From positions 29,192 to 93,191 of the IMG/VR virus record IMGVR_UViG_2775507097_000001: a stretch of 64,000 nucleotides of DNA; one strand, given 5' to 3'. Positions 52,822-61,203 of the stretch are shown here, in pieces. Source of the stretch: a virus. Lineage: Duplodnaviria > Caudoviricetes. A program made the translations under genes and the position numbers. A model generated the notes under the pieces. It did not search any database and had not been told where the DNA came from. It saw only the letters and a program-made list of their open reading frames with translations. Each line of letters opens with the position of its first letter. Positions within the stretch are counted from its first letter, which is position 1.

Positions 52822-53640
52822 GTGGGAGCCCTGAACCTCGTACCCGACCAGTCCCTCACGCCGGATCCGAGCACGAAGACCGGCGGCCGCGGCGGAGGAG
52901 GAGGATTTGCCGACCTGGCCCAGCAGATCTACCAAGACGACCGCGCCGACGCGAAGTCCCGCCAGCTCCTCCTGGCGTTCGCCTACGTCGTCACCATGCA
53001 GCGCACCGACGACCCGAAGGAACAGTGGCGCAACCTCCGTAAGGCTCTGGGCCGCAGCGAAAGGCACCGCTATACCGACTTCCTGCGCGAACTCATCGAG
53101 CACGACCGGCCCCGCTACGTCCCCCCGGACGAGCGGCCCGGCGGCTACGACCCGTCCAAGCGGCTGTGCGTCGGCCCGCGCCTCCGACCGTTCAAGGAGC
53201 GCCCCTACAAGGCGGAGCAGATGTCCCTGCCCGCCCGCGTAGCGCAGACCAAACGGGACGCCGAGGACTTCCGCAACACCGACAACGTCTGCGGCGCCCC
53301 CGGCAAGGACCGCGTCCTCGAGAAGCTGCCCGCCACCGGCTGGTACCGGTGGCACTGGTTCTGCCAACGGCACCGCGACCACGCCCTGCGCGTGAAGGAG
53401 CAGGTGAAGGCTCAGAACGCGGCCGCACCCGAACCCATCCCGAACGCCGGCGGCCTGATGCCGTGCTACTTCGAAGCCGACTGGGTCCGCCTGTACCGGC
53501 ACTACACGTGGGACACCTGGGAGCCGCCCGTGTACGGCGTGCGCGCCGACGACTGGCCCATCCCCGGCAAGCAGCCCGTCCCGCAGCGCGCCCGGCTCAG
53601 CCTGGTCATCGGCGGAGGGCTGGAGGATCCGGATGAGTGA
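52822..53640 (+). CDS. Hypothetical protein
   Basis: RBS AAGGAGG; D.PRY, FC.RH, P.PN.GG motifs. Confidence 0.7.
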   Translation: MGALNLVPDQSLTPDPSTKTGGRGGGGGFADLAQQIYQDDRADAKSRQLLLAFAYVVTMQRTDDPKEQWRNLRKALGRSERHRYTDFLRELIEHDRPRYVPPDERPGGYDPSKRLCVGPRLRPFKERPYKAEQMSLPARVAQTKRDAEDFRNTDNVCGAPGKDRVLEKLPATGWYRWHWFCQRHRDHALRVKEQVKAQNAAAPEPIPNAGGLMPCYFEADWVRLYRHYTWDTWEPPVYGVRADDWPIPGKQPVPQRARLSLVIGGGLEDPDE

Positions 53641-54121
53641 TGAGCAGCGCCTGGCCAGGTTGGCGGAGGAGCTGTGCCACGTCTACCACTACGGGGTCGG
53701 CCTGGATGAGCTCGAGGAGGAGGACCCCGACCGGGCCCGCGCGCATCGGCGGGCCGCGCGCCGTTTCCTCCGCTGGCTCGAGAACGCTCCCAAGGAGGAG
53801 TTGAGGGAGGAGAGGCGGGCTGCGTTCCGGCGGGGCTACGACCGCGGCGCCGAGAACGCGAAGAAGTCGACCGCCGAACAGATCGAGCGCCTCGAGGCGG
53901 ATGTCGCCGAACTCCGCAAGGACCGGGACCCGGAGGGCCTGCGGGCCCGTATCGCCGATCTGCAGTACGTGAACCGCGGGTACTCCCGCATCGTCATGGG
54001 CGGTTCAGACCTGCGCGCCGAGCTGGCCGATGCGCTGAGCCGGCTCGAGGCCGTACAGCGGGAGCTGGCCGTGCTGAAGGGTGTGCAGCCGTCCAACGCG
54101 ACCGGTGAGCGGCCGTCCTGA
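53633..54121 (+). CDS. Coiled-coil hypothetical protein
   Basis: Overlapping start; charged helical sequence. Confidence 0.7.
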   Translation: MSDEQRLARLAEELCHVYHYGVGLDELEEEDPDRARAHRRAARRFLRWLENAPKEELREERRAAFRRGYDRGAENAKKSTAEQIERLEADVAELRKDRDPEGLRARIADLQYVNRGYSRIVMGGSDLRAELADALSRLEAVQRELAVLKGVQPSNATGERPS

Positions 54122-54125
54122 GTCG

Positions 54126-55214
54126 TCAGGCCGCCGACTGATCGGTCTTGGATATGTCGCCTAACGGGGCACTGTCGTCGAAGTGGTAGTCGGGCGACAG
54201 GGCGAACTTGCAGCCCAGCTGTGCGGGCGACACGGCACTGAACTTGTCCTTCAGCACCTCAATGTGCTTCGTCAAAGTGCGCGGGCTGATGCCCAGCCGG
54301 GCCGCCGTCGTGCGCTGCTGAATCCCGTCGACCATGTCCCGCAGGATCGCCCGCTCGAGCGGTGTCGTCCGTACGCCCGCGGACGGGCCCGACACCGTGT
54401 CCACAGACCAGGGCCGGGCGCCCGCCATCGCCTCCCGGACGTCCGATCCGGTCCGCGGCTCCCCCTTCCACGGCTGGGCGAGCTGCCAGGCGTTCATGAA
54501 CGCTCCCACGATGAACCCGATCGCCGCACGGTCCGTCACATGCCATGCCGCGTGCGCGGGTGAGCCCTCCACCACATAGTCCGATACGAAGGCGTGCTGG
54601 CGGTCGATGACGATGGCCCGCTCGTACGGGGCGACCAGCGTGCGGTACTCGGCTCCGTGACCGCTCATCATCCCGATGTGGGAGGCCATGGCGGAGGACT
54701 GGCGGACGCTGTCCCGGTACAGGGTGTACATGGTCACCCCGCGGTCGAGGGCGGCCCGGTCACGCTCTACTGACCGCTCGAGCTGTTCCTTGGTGCGGGC
54801 GCCGCCGGGCTGGGCGGCGAGGATCTCCGTGCTGGCCGAGTTGAGCAGGTCGTCGAGGCGGGTGTTGACCACTGTCGCGTCGTCGATGTACTCGCTGCCG
54901 CCGCCGGCCAGTGACTGGGCGCGTTCGAACTGCGCCGACAGCTGTTCCGACATCTTGCGCAGACCTCGCATTTTCGCGACGCGGTCTGCTGCTTCGGTCA
55001 GCATTGCCTCGAGGCTTCTCTGTGCAATGTCCTCGGGATTCAGGGCGACTGGTCTGCCCCCACCACCTGAATCGATCTTCACAAATCCCCAGGTGGCCAA
55101 CTCGGCGACGGAATCCGCACACCCCTCCGGGACCGGTTCACCCGCCGCGATCAGCCCAAACGCGTGCACAGCGTCCGCGGACAGCAACTCCCGATCACCC
55201 ATTCCTGAATTCAT
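54126..55214 (-). CDS. LuxR-family regulator with TrmB/PLD-like sensor domain
   Basis: N-terminal wHTH-like region; EILAAQPGG.R, DR.AL.RGV...TLY, R.IVIDR..AF; C-terminal LuxR HTH (A.RLGIS.RT...H). Confidence 0.88.
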   Translation of the reverse strand: MNSGMGDRELLSADAVHAFGLIAAGEPVPEGCADSVAELATWGFVKIDSGGGGRPVALNPEDIAQRSLEAMLTEAADRVAKMRGLRKMSEQLSAQFERAQSLAGGGSEYIDDATVVNTRLDDLLNSASTEILAAQPGGARTKEQLERSVERDRAALDRGVTMYTLYRDSVRQSSAMASHIGMMSGHGAEYRTLVAPYERAIVIDRQHAFVSDYVVEGSPAHAAWHVTDRAAIGFIVGAFMNAWQLAQPWKGEPRTGSDVREAMAGARPWSVDTVSGPSAGVRTTPLERAILRDMVDGIQQRTTAARLGISPRTLTKHIEVLKDKFSAVSPAQLGCKFALSPDYHFDDSAPLGDISKTDQSAA

Positions 55215-55253
55215 GGCCAAAGCTTCTGTTCCCCCGTCAAAACAAGGCCAGGC

Positions 55254-55286
55254 GCTGCGTATACGCGCAATGCGTAGATACGCAGC
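55254..55286. promoter_or_regulatory. Inverted repeat in the divergent LuxR/peptide intergenic region
   Basis: GCTGCGTAT-N15-ATACGCAGC. Confidence 0.65.
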
Positions 55287-55495
55287 ACACAAAGGTTGAG
55301 GATGAAAAGACTGTACGGCAGTTTAGTTGCGGGGCGTCCCCCGGCGCTCGTACTCCACGTCCTCCCCACGCACCGCACGCGTCTACTGCCAGCACGCGCG
55401 CCACAAGCCACGGGATTCGCAGCGGACCAGAGCACGAGAAAACCGGGACGGCGCCCCACTATCGTTCCCCGGACAACCGAAGAAGGGACACCGCC

Positions 55496-55711
55496 GTGAA
55501 CAAGCGCATCCGCTGCATCGTCGCCGGCCTCACCCTCGCCACCGCCGCAGCGACCGGCGCCGTCATCACCCACACCGTCACCGCCCCCCGCACAGACACC
55601 ACCTGGGGCGCCCCGGCCGACACCACGTGGGGCAGCGAGCCGGTCGACCTTCCCGTCACCCTTCCCGTCGACCTGCCGACCATCACCCCCCTCGACACCA
55701 CCTGGGGCTGA
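55496..55711 (+). CDS. Small secreted peptide precursor with three DTTWG repeats
   Basis: RBS AGAAGGGA, GTG start; basic N-region plus hydrophobic signal; DTTWG at 55595, 55619 and 55694 (the last is C-terminal). Confidence 0.8.
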   Translation: MNKRIRCIVAGLTLATAAATGAVITHTVTAPRTDTTWGAPADTTWGSEPVDLPVTLPVDLPTITPLDTTWG

Positions 55712-55811
55712 CCCGGCCCGGCCTGGCACGGCATGCCCGACGGGGACACCCCGTGCCAGGCCCGCCCCGACCCGGGGCAACAACCGCCGCGATCCGCGGG
55801 ACCGTGGATGC

Positions 55812-56072
55812 ATGGCCCTTCCCCGACCCGCCGAAGAGGAACGCGTCGCCCTCTGCGAATGGCTGACCGCGAACGGCATCGACCCCAACACTGTTCCCCT
55901 GCACTCCGAACTGTCCATCGTCGACGGGGTCATCCGCTTCGAGCAGTACATCCTCACCGACGACGGCCACAAGCAGGTCGACCCCGAGCACCGTGATACC
56001 GCGTGGACCCGAAACGCCACCGCACCGTGCACGGTTGCCCCGCCGGCCGAGCTGAACATCGCAACAACCTGA
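55812..56072 (+). CDS. Hypothetical protein
   Basis: CEWL.ANGIDP..VP motif. Confidence 0.7.
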   Translation: MALPRPAEEERVALCEWLTANGIDPNTVPLHSELSIVDGVIRFEQYILTDDGHKQVDPEHRDTAWTRNATAPCTVAPPAELNIATT

Positions 56073-56139
56073 ACGCCCCCGTGCAGGCCTTGGACGGTAG
56101 GCTGGCATCAGCCCTCCCACCGAAACCGGACCCCTCCTG

Positions 56140-56331
56140 ATGTCGTCTGCCGCGTACGCCACGTTCGCCACCGTCTTTGCTCTGATCGCGTTCGGGCACG
56201 CACTGCTGGCCTGGACGAGGCGCAGCAGGACAGGATCCACTCCGCGAGGCGGCCGTTCCGCCTTCAACTACCTCGTCTCGGGCGCCGTGTTTTTCGCCGG
56301 AACTGCCGTCTACTGCGCTGTTCTCGCCTGA
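56140..56331 (+). CDS. Small two-TM membrane protein
   Basis: Two hydrophobic helices. Confidence 0.55.
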   Translation: MSSAAYATFATVFALIAFGHALLAWTRRSRTGSTPRGGRSAFNYLVSGAVFFAGTAVYCAVLA

Positions 56332-56581
56332 ACCACCCCTTCCGCACCCAGGTGGATGCGAGACTTCCCGTGGCGCTGGTGGCGTGTACGTCCCCCGTGG
56401 CGGCACCAGCCGACACCTCCCGGCCGCAATCCGCATTGCCGCCCGGGGAACCCTGTGGCCCGCGTCTCTGGGGAGACCGGGCCACAGGCATGCCCGGGCC
56501 CGTTGTCAGTGGGCCGTGCCAGTGTGGAGACCGCACCAAGCCCGTCCCTCGTCGGCGGGGGACGGGCTTACGCGCATTCGC

Positions 56582-57007
56582 TCACGCCTGTGCAGTTTGG
56601 GGCGGCCGAGCCCAATACCCGGCCTTGGCCTTGGCCTGACGACACTCCGGGCAGCGGCACCCCTGGTTCCGGTACGTAGCGGCAGATCCGTGCTTCAGCT
56701 TCGGGTCGCGTCCCTTCAGTAGGGCATCGTCCAGTTCACGCCTGAACAGCGGATTCTTACGGGCGAAGCTGTGGATCTGCGGTCCGGGAACTCCGAGGAT
56801 CCCCTCTATCTCCCGGAAGGTTCGCCCCTTGCTGACCATGGCGAGCACCCGCTTGCGCAGGTCGATAGGGAACACGGCGCGGGCAATCTGTCGCGTGCGC
56901 TTGCGGTCCTGCGGCTTGCGTTTCTTCCGGCACGCGTCACAGCGGCTGTAGCTGGTGTGCGTGAAGTCGCAGCAGTCATGGCACTTCTTAAGGGGCGGTT
57001 CGCTCAC
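56582..57007 (-). CDS. Basic Zn-finger/HTH protein
   Basis: Cys-rich N-terminus, HTH (GRTFREIEGILGV), HG..TY...GCRC..CR. Confidence 0.65.
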   Translation of the reverse strand: MSEPPLKKCHDCCDFTHTSYSRCDACRKKRKPQDRKRTRQIARAVFPIDLRKRVLAMVSKGRTFREIEGILGVPGPQIHSFARKNPLFRRELDDALLKGRDPKLKHGSAATYRNQGCRCPECRQAKAKAGYWARPPQTAQA

Positions 57008-57452
57008 GCCTCGTTCCTCCGGGCAGTTCGCTTGGATCGGTAAGCGCCACGTTGTCGGCATACGCGATGCTCAGGGCTGGCACCTCCTGCGCGATGCGCG
57101 CAACGACGGCCCGGTGCCAGGAGGCTGGGAAGTCGGCTTCGGGATGCGCGGCGTGGTACTCCGCGTCGCTCCGGTAGGTGATGAGGCCAGGGTCGGGAAT
57201 GTCCATCAGCTTGTCCACGGCGCCCCCGATGAACTCTCCAGTGCGACGCTCCAGGTCCTCGATGGCGAGCCGGACGCCGTCGGGGATCGGGTACTTGCCC
57301 TGCTCCCAATGTCGAACGGTGCGTGAGGAGACGCCGAGGTGGGCGGCAAGCCAGTCGCCGGTGAGGCCGAGGAACTCGCGAACGACCTTGAACTCTGCGT
57401 CCGTCATGCGCTCGTCCTCGGGCATGCCGGCCGGGTCGGTGTACTCGGGCAT
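56988..57452 (-). CDS. Aca2/YdiL-like (DUF1870) HTH regulator
   Basis: MT..E....R..L.L....A...GVS.RT...WE.G...IP..V HTH plus the L..Y....EY....P....W...V.A C-terminal domain, matching the Aca2 layout as recalled. Confidence 0.78.
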   Translation of the reverse strand: MPEYTDPAGMPEDERMTDAEFKVVREFLGLTGDWLAAHLGVSSRTVRHWEQGKYPIPDGVRLAIEDLERRTGEFIGGAVDKLMDIPDPGLITYRSDAEYHAAHPEADFPASWHRAVVARIAQEVPALSIAYADNVALTDPSELPGGTRRERTAP

Positions 57453-57472
57453 CGGAGACTCCAATGAGGGAG

Positions 57473-57496
57473 GCCCCGGCTGGGGGGTGCCGGGGC
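57473..57496 (-). terminator. Stem-loop between the acidic gene and the aca2-like gene
   Basis: GCCCCGGC-N8-GCCGGGGC. Confidence 0.6.
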
Positions 57497-57511
57497 CAGA
57501 GTGGGGCGCTG

Positions 57512-57823
57512 CTAGGCCTTCTCGACGGTGACGATGTAGGCGTTGTCCGTGACGTCCCAGTCGCCGACGGTCTTCCAGCCACTCGCGGCCAGGAGGGCTT
57601 CCGTCTCGGTCTGAGCGTCGTCGATGTCGCCGTCGCGGGCGTCGACCGTGGTCACGGCGTAGAACTTCTGGTCGCCCTGGGAGGCCCAGACGGGGGTCTC
57701 GTTGCCCTCTTCATCCTGCTTGTAGCTGATGGCCTGGTCTTCGATGACGGTGACGTCCATGCAGGGCTGGTCAAGAGCGGAGGTGTCGTTGACGAGCCAG
57801 GCGGTGAAGTGGGTGAGGGCCAT
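57512..57823 (-). CDS. Small acidic protein; candidate anti-CRISPR / anti-defence protein
   Basis: 103 aa with 21 D/E against 5 K/R; first gene behind a strong promoter and upstream of the aca2-like gene. Confidence 0.6.
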   Translation of the reverse strand: MALTHFTAWLVNDTSALDQPCMDVTVIEDQAISYKQDEEGNETPVWASQGDQKFYAVTTVDARDGDIDDAQTETEALLAASGWKTVGDWDVTDNAYIVTVEKA

Positions 57824-57876
57824 GTCCGGGTCCTTCCGGCGGGGTCTGGGGCTGATCCCCTGACCTCATGACCAGA

Positions 57877-57905
57877 ACTCTAGCTTCCTACTTTAGGAAG
57901 CGCAA
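57877..57905 (-). promoter_or_regulatory. Housekeeping-sigma promoter with overlapping palindromic operator
   Basis: -35 TTGCGC, 17 bp, -10 TAGAGT; GCTTCCTA-CTT-TAGGAAGC (57883-57901) fills the spacer. Confidence 0.8.
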
Positions 57906-57921
57906 GGGTTATGGCGTCACA

Positions 57922-58269
57922 TCACCCCTCGAGGTAGCCGAGCTCCGCATCTGGCCGGCAGTGGATGCAAGCCTCCACCCCACCCGCAATCGCCCGCCGA
58001 ACCGTGTCGCTGTCCACGCCCTTCACCCGGCTCGACTTCGCCGCGATATGGCAGTCCCCGAGGTGCACAGCCACCGGCATCGCGTCCCGGTTCAGGCCGT
58101 ACTCGATCAGCCAGTCCGGCGCCGGCGGCCGCGCCCGCTCACCCCGCTGCCTCTCCTCCTCCCGGAGCAGCACCGCTTTCTTCTTCGCCCGCACCCGTTC
58201 CAGGGACAGCACCAGATACGTCTCGATCGCTTCGAGTCGCGGCAGGTCAGGCGGCAGATCATCGTGCAT
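57922..58269 (-). CDS. DUF6233-like protein
   Basis: LPPDLPRL, VH.GDC, AC.HCRPD..LG. Confidence 0.82.
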   Translation of the reverse strand: MHDDLPPDLPRLEAIETYLVLSLERVRAKKKAVLLREEERQRGERARPPAPDWLIEYGLNRDAMPVAVHLGDCHIAAKSSRVKGVDSDTVRRAIAGGVEACIHCRPDAELGYLEG

Positions 58270-58277
58270 ACGTTCGA
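58262..58277 (-). promoter_or_regulatory. LexA/SOS-box-like site over the start codon
   Basis: TCGAAC-GTAT-GCACGA compared with actinobacterial TCGAAC-N4-GTTCGA; adjacent -10 TACACT. Confidence 0.6.
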
Positions 58278-58287
58278 GTGTAGGCAC

Positions 58288-58328
58288 AAAAAAAGAAGGG
58301 CCCGCCGCTCCGCAGAGCAGCAGGCCCC
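58288..58328 (-). terminator. Intrinsic terminator ending the right-arm leftward operon
   Basis: GGGCCTGCTGCTC...GAGCGGCGGGCCC-TTCTTTTTTT. Confidence 0.8.
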
Positions 58329-58362
58329 TCTCCACCTCCCAAGTGTCCCCACACCGTACGCC

Positions 58363-59013
58363 TCACTCCTGGTACGGGTGAAGTACCGCGTCCACCCTCG
58401 CGGCGACCGCGGCCGCACGCTGGGGATCCCGGGCCTTCGGAGCGGCCGCCAGCGTCGGCACCAGCCACGTCGGGTCAAGGACGTACACCGGGTCCGCCAT
58501 CCCGGGCACCCGGACGTCCAGGTGCCCGCCGGACACCGGGGAACCGTGCACCACCAGCAGCGGCAACACCTTCACCCCCGGCAGTCCGAGTGCCCGGGAT
58601 ATCCGTACCGCGTACCCGGCGACCTTCTCCACCTGGCCGTGACGGTCCTCGTCCCCGCAGTACACGCGACCGCGGACAAGCCTGGTGGTCCAGTTCCGGC
58701 GCCACGCCTTCGTATCCAGCACCACCACCGCCGTCCCGCACGGGGAGACGAGGACCGTGTCCACGTTCCACCGGGCCCCGGATAATCGGAGGTCGTGCCG
58801 GATCGTCCAGCCCGCCCGTACGAGGGGCGCAAGGAGGGCTTCGGTGACAGCCTCCCCGGCCGCTCCGTGCGCCCACAGGGCCGCCTGGGAGTCCGCGCGG
58901 GCGGCCGCCGGATTCAGCCCCGCCCACGCCGTGACACGCCGCCACACACCCCGCCGGGCGTGCGCACGCAGCGCTGCAGCCTTCGCCGCCGCCGAGTTCC
59001 GCGGGGCGCTCAC
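58363..59013 (-). CDS. NERD nuclease-related domain protein
   Basis: GA.GE, HDLR.....NVD.VLV.P.G..V..LDTK.W. Confidence 0.85.
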   Translation of the reverse strand: MSAPRNSAAAKAAALRAHARRGVWRRVTAWAGLNPAAARADSQAALWAHGAAGEAVTEALLAPLVRAGWTIRHDLRLSGARWNVDTVLVSPCGTAVVVLDTKAWRRNWTTRLVRGRVYCGDEDRHGQVEKVAGYAVRISRALGLPGVKVLPLLVVHGSPVSGGHLDVRVPGMADPVYVLDPTWLVPTLAAAPKARDPQRAAAVAARVDAVLHPYQE

Positions 59014-59438
59014 CGGTCCCCCTCCAGCAGCCTCTTCAGGAACGCTTCCCGCGCCGCGGACCCCTCGAAGCACTGAATGGCCCACGCCAGGGAGGTCCGG
59101 ATGCCCGCAGCGATGCCACCCTGCGTGGCCCGGCCCTCTTCCGCGCCCGGCTTCGGGGGCTGCGCGGCACAGGCGGTCATCCTCTGGAGATCGGCCTCGA
59201 GTTGGGCCTTCAGCCGTACGTACTCGGTCGGGACAGGCCCGCGGAGCGTTCCCGGCTGCTCCGGAGCAGCGCGGTCTTTCCAGTCATAGCGGACCAGGAG
59301 CAGCATCCACCCGCGGCTCGACAGCACCCGCCGTACCGGCTCATACGGCGTCGACCTCGCCAATGTGACCCGCACAGCCTCAGGGTTCTGCTTCTCCCAC
59401 ACAGACAGCCGGCAATCCCGACCCAGACGGATCCTCAT
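59010..59438 (-). CDS. Hypothetical protein
   Basis: Coupled ORF. Confidence 0.6.
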   Translation of the reverse strand: MRIRLGRDCRLSVWEKQNPEAVRVTLARSTPYEPVRRVLSSRGWMLLLVRYDWKDRAAPEQPGTLRGPVPTEYVRLKAQLEADLQRMTACAAQPPKPGAEEGRATQGGIAAGIRTSLAWAIQCFEGSAAREAFLKRLLEGDR

Positions 59439-59554
59439 CGTCCTTCCACCTCCCCAAGCAGGCCTTCAACGTGAGCGGAGGCCCGGCGAACGAGGACCCC
59501 GAACCGAACCGCCACTACGGCTGCCGCCAGGGCGAGGAGCGTCCACCACCACAT
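59435..59554 (-). CDS. Small membrane peptide (MWWWTLLALAAAVV...)
   Basis: Read manually; coupled at both ends. Confidence 0.5.
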   Translation of the reverse strand: MWWWTLLALAAAVVAVRFGVLVRRASAHVEGLLGEVEGR

Positions 59555-59633
59555 CAGCTCTGCCCCCTTCCACCGGCCGTGCGGCGGCAGACGTCCTGTT
59601 CTTCGCGGTCGGACTGGATGTTCGGCTTCTCGG

Positions 59634-59843
59634 TCATGCTGCTCCTTCGAGGGATGAGGGGTTCCAGGTGTCGGGACCGGGGATCGTGCGGACGGGCCGG
59701 CCGTTGTGGCGGGTGGACCAGACCCGTGTCAGTCGGCGCCGGGACTGCGGGCATTCGGGTCGGCCGTGCGTCCACAGGCGACGTTTAGAGGTCAGGGCCA
59801 CACGGCGTCCACAGGACGGGCAGGTGACGCGCTGCTCGGCCAT
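59634..59843 (-). CDS. Small Zn-binding protein
   Basis: CPSC...H....CP.S. Confidence 0.6.
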   Translation of the reverse strand: MAEQRVTCPSCGRRVALTSKRRLWTHGRPECPQSRRRLTRVWSTRHNGRPVRTIPGPDTWNPSSLEGAA

Positions 59844-60070
59844 CACAGGACCGTCTTCCGATGCTGGGCAGGCACCGGCCGAGGACGCCGGGAGCGGGCT
59901 ATGGCCTCCAGCACGGTGGCCAGGCCCATCACCCCGGCCGCGGCGACCGGGTTCACCCACATCGGCGGCCGGTACGTACCGGTGACGGCTATCCACACGC
60001 CGGCGAACGCGCTGGCGAGGGCGGCGATGAGACCGATCTGATCGAAGAGGGTGCGGAGGCGTGGAGGCAT
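59843..60070 (-). CDS. Small two-TM membrane protein
   Basis: Two hydrophobic segments; RBS GGAGGG. Confidence 0.6.
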   Translation of the reverse strand: MPPRLRTLFDQIGLIAALASAFAGVWIAVTGTYRPPMWVNPVAAAGVMGLATVLEAIARSRRPRPVPAQHRKTVL

Positions 60071-60133
60071 GAGCCCTCCCAAGGGTGATGTGACGGTGGG
60101 TAGTTGTCCGCCCGTGAGCGGAGAAGAGTTTGG

Positions 60134-60640
60134 CTACGCCGCGTCAACCAGGCCGTGTTGTACGGCGATCCGCAACGCGGCAGCGCGACGCTCATCCTTG
60201 GGGACATCCGACAGCCCCAACTGCGTGTAGATCTTCGACAGCCTGGCCGCCAAACCCTCACGAGGAATGCCCAACTCAGATGCTGCTTCCGACAGCGTCC
60301 TTCCGCCCGTGACGGCGCCCAGCAACTCCGCCTGGCGCGCCGTCAACGGAACCCGGCGTGCGGGCATCCGCCACTCCCGCGACAGCATGTAGGCCATATC
60401 GACCTCCAGCGCGAAGCACGCCTGGGCGAAAACTCTCAGGGTTCCCCCGCCGGCCTCCAGCCGCTGAATGGCGGTTCTGCCCAGACCAGCCCGGGTGGCA
60501 AGGCGAGGCTCCGACCAGCTACGAGCCTGCCGTTCGGCACGTATCCGGTCGCCGAGGTCGGCGAGGACGTCCTCCCAGTCCGGGGACGGGACGGGCCCGT
60601 CACCCGAAGGCGACGGGCCCACCTGCACCGGGGCGGTCAT
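60134..60640 (-). CDS. Dual-HTH regulator (XRE plus LuxR)
   Basis: LG.RIRAER..R.WS...LA.RAG; LTARQAELL...G.T..E.A.ELGI. Confidence 0.85.
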   Translation of the reverse strand: MTAPVQVGPSPSGDGPVPSPDWEDVLADLGDRIRAERQARSWSEPRLATRAGLGRTAIQRLEAGGGTLRVFAQACFALEVDMAYMLSREWRMPARRVPLTARQAELLGAVTGGRTLSEAASELGIPREGLAARLSKIYTQLGLSDVPKDERRAAALRIAVQHGLVDAA

Positions 60641-61203
60641 GCTGCGGCCCCATACGGCTCGAGGACCGCCACGCCCGGCAGGTACAGCGGATGCCGCGGC
60701 TGCCCCGTCGACGTCTGTCCCAGGCACTGCAGCTGCACACCGCGAGCCCGCAGGGTCTCCGCAATCCGGGCGCCACGCCCGTTGTGCTCGACACCAGCAG
60801 CACCCCACGCCACGACCACCGTGCTGGCGCTCGCGGTGGCCCGCCGTATGAACGCGTCGTTCACCGGACCGACCGGGTCCGGATGGTGGCGCAGAGCCCG
60901 CGGGTCGGTGGAGCACAAGGCGAACAGGTTCACCACCACCAGCCCACCGGCGCCCTCACGACGCGCGAAGGACGTGCACCGGCGGATGGTCGGATCGTCG
61001 TCCATCGCGTCCGCCGTGCTGGGGTTGAGCATGACGAACACGGCCGGCGCGATGGTTGAGTCCCAGATCCGGGTCAGCAGGTACCGGTAGGTGCGGGCCC
61101 GGCTGTCGAACACCGCGGCCGCGATACCGCCCGCGAGGTCCTGCTTCTGCTCCACGTGCACAGACAGCTCAGTCTCGGCCGGCATGAGGGTCAGAACGCT
61201 CAC
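60637..61203 (-). CDS. DUF1643 family protein
   Basis: YRY.L.R.W, FVMLNPSTAD...DDPT..RC, NLFA..STDP, AWG, PRHPLY. Confidence 0.92.
   Translation of the reverse strand: MSVLTLMPAETELSVHVEQKQDLAGGIAAAVFDSRARTYRYLLTRIWDSTIAPAVFVMLNPSTADAMDDDPTIRRCTSFARREGAGGLVVVNLFALCSTDPRALRHHPDPVGPVNDAFIRRATASASTVVVAWGAAGVEHNGRGARIAETLRARGVQLQCLGQTSTGQPRHPLYLPGVAVLEPYGAAA

Noticed and set aside
55595-55708. DTTWG repeats as a CRISPR mini-array or multi-core RiPP precursor
   Set aside because: The repeats are about 15 bp, in frame and unevenly spaced, with no cas genes and no modifying enzyme or transporter nearby. A RiPP role using enzymes encoded elsewhere cannot be excluded.
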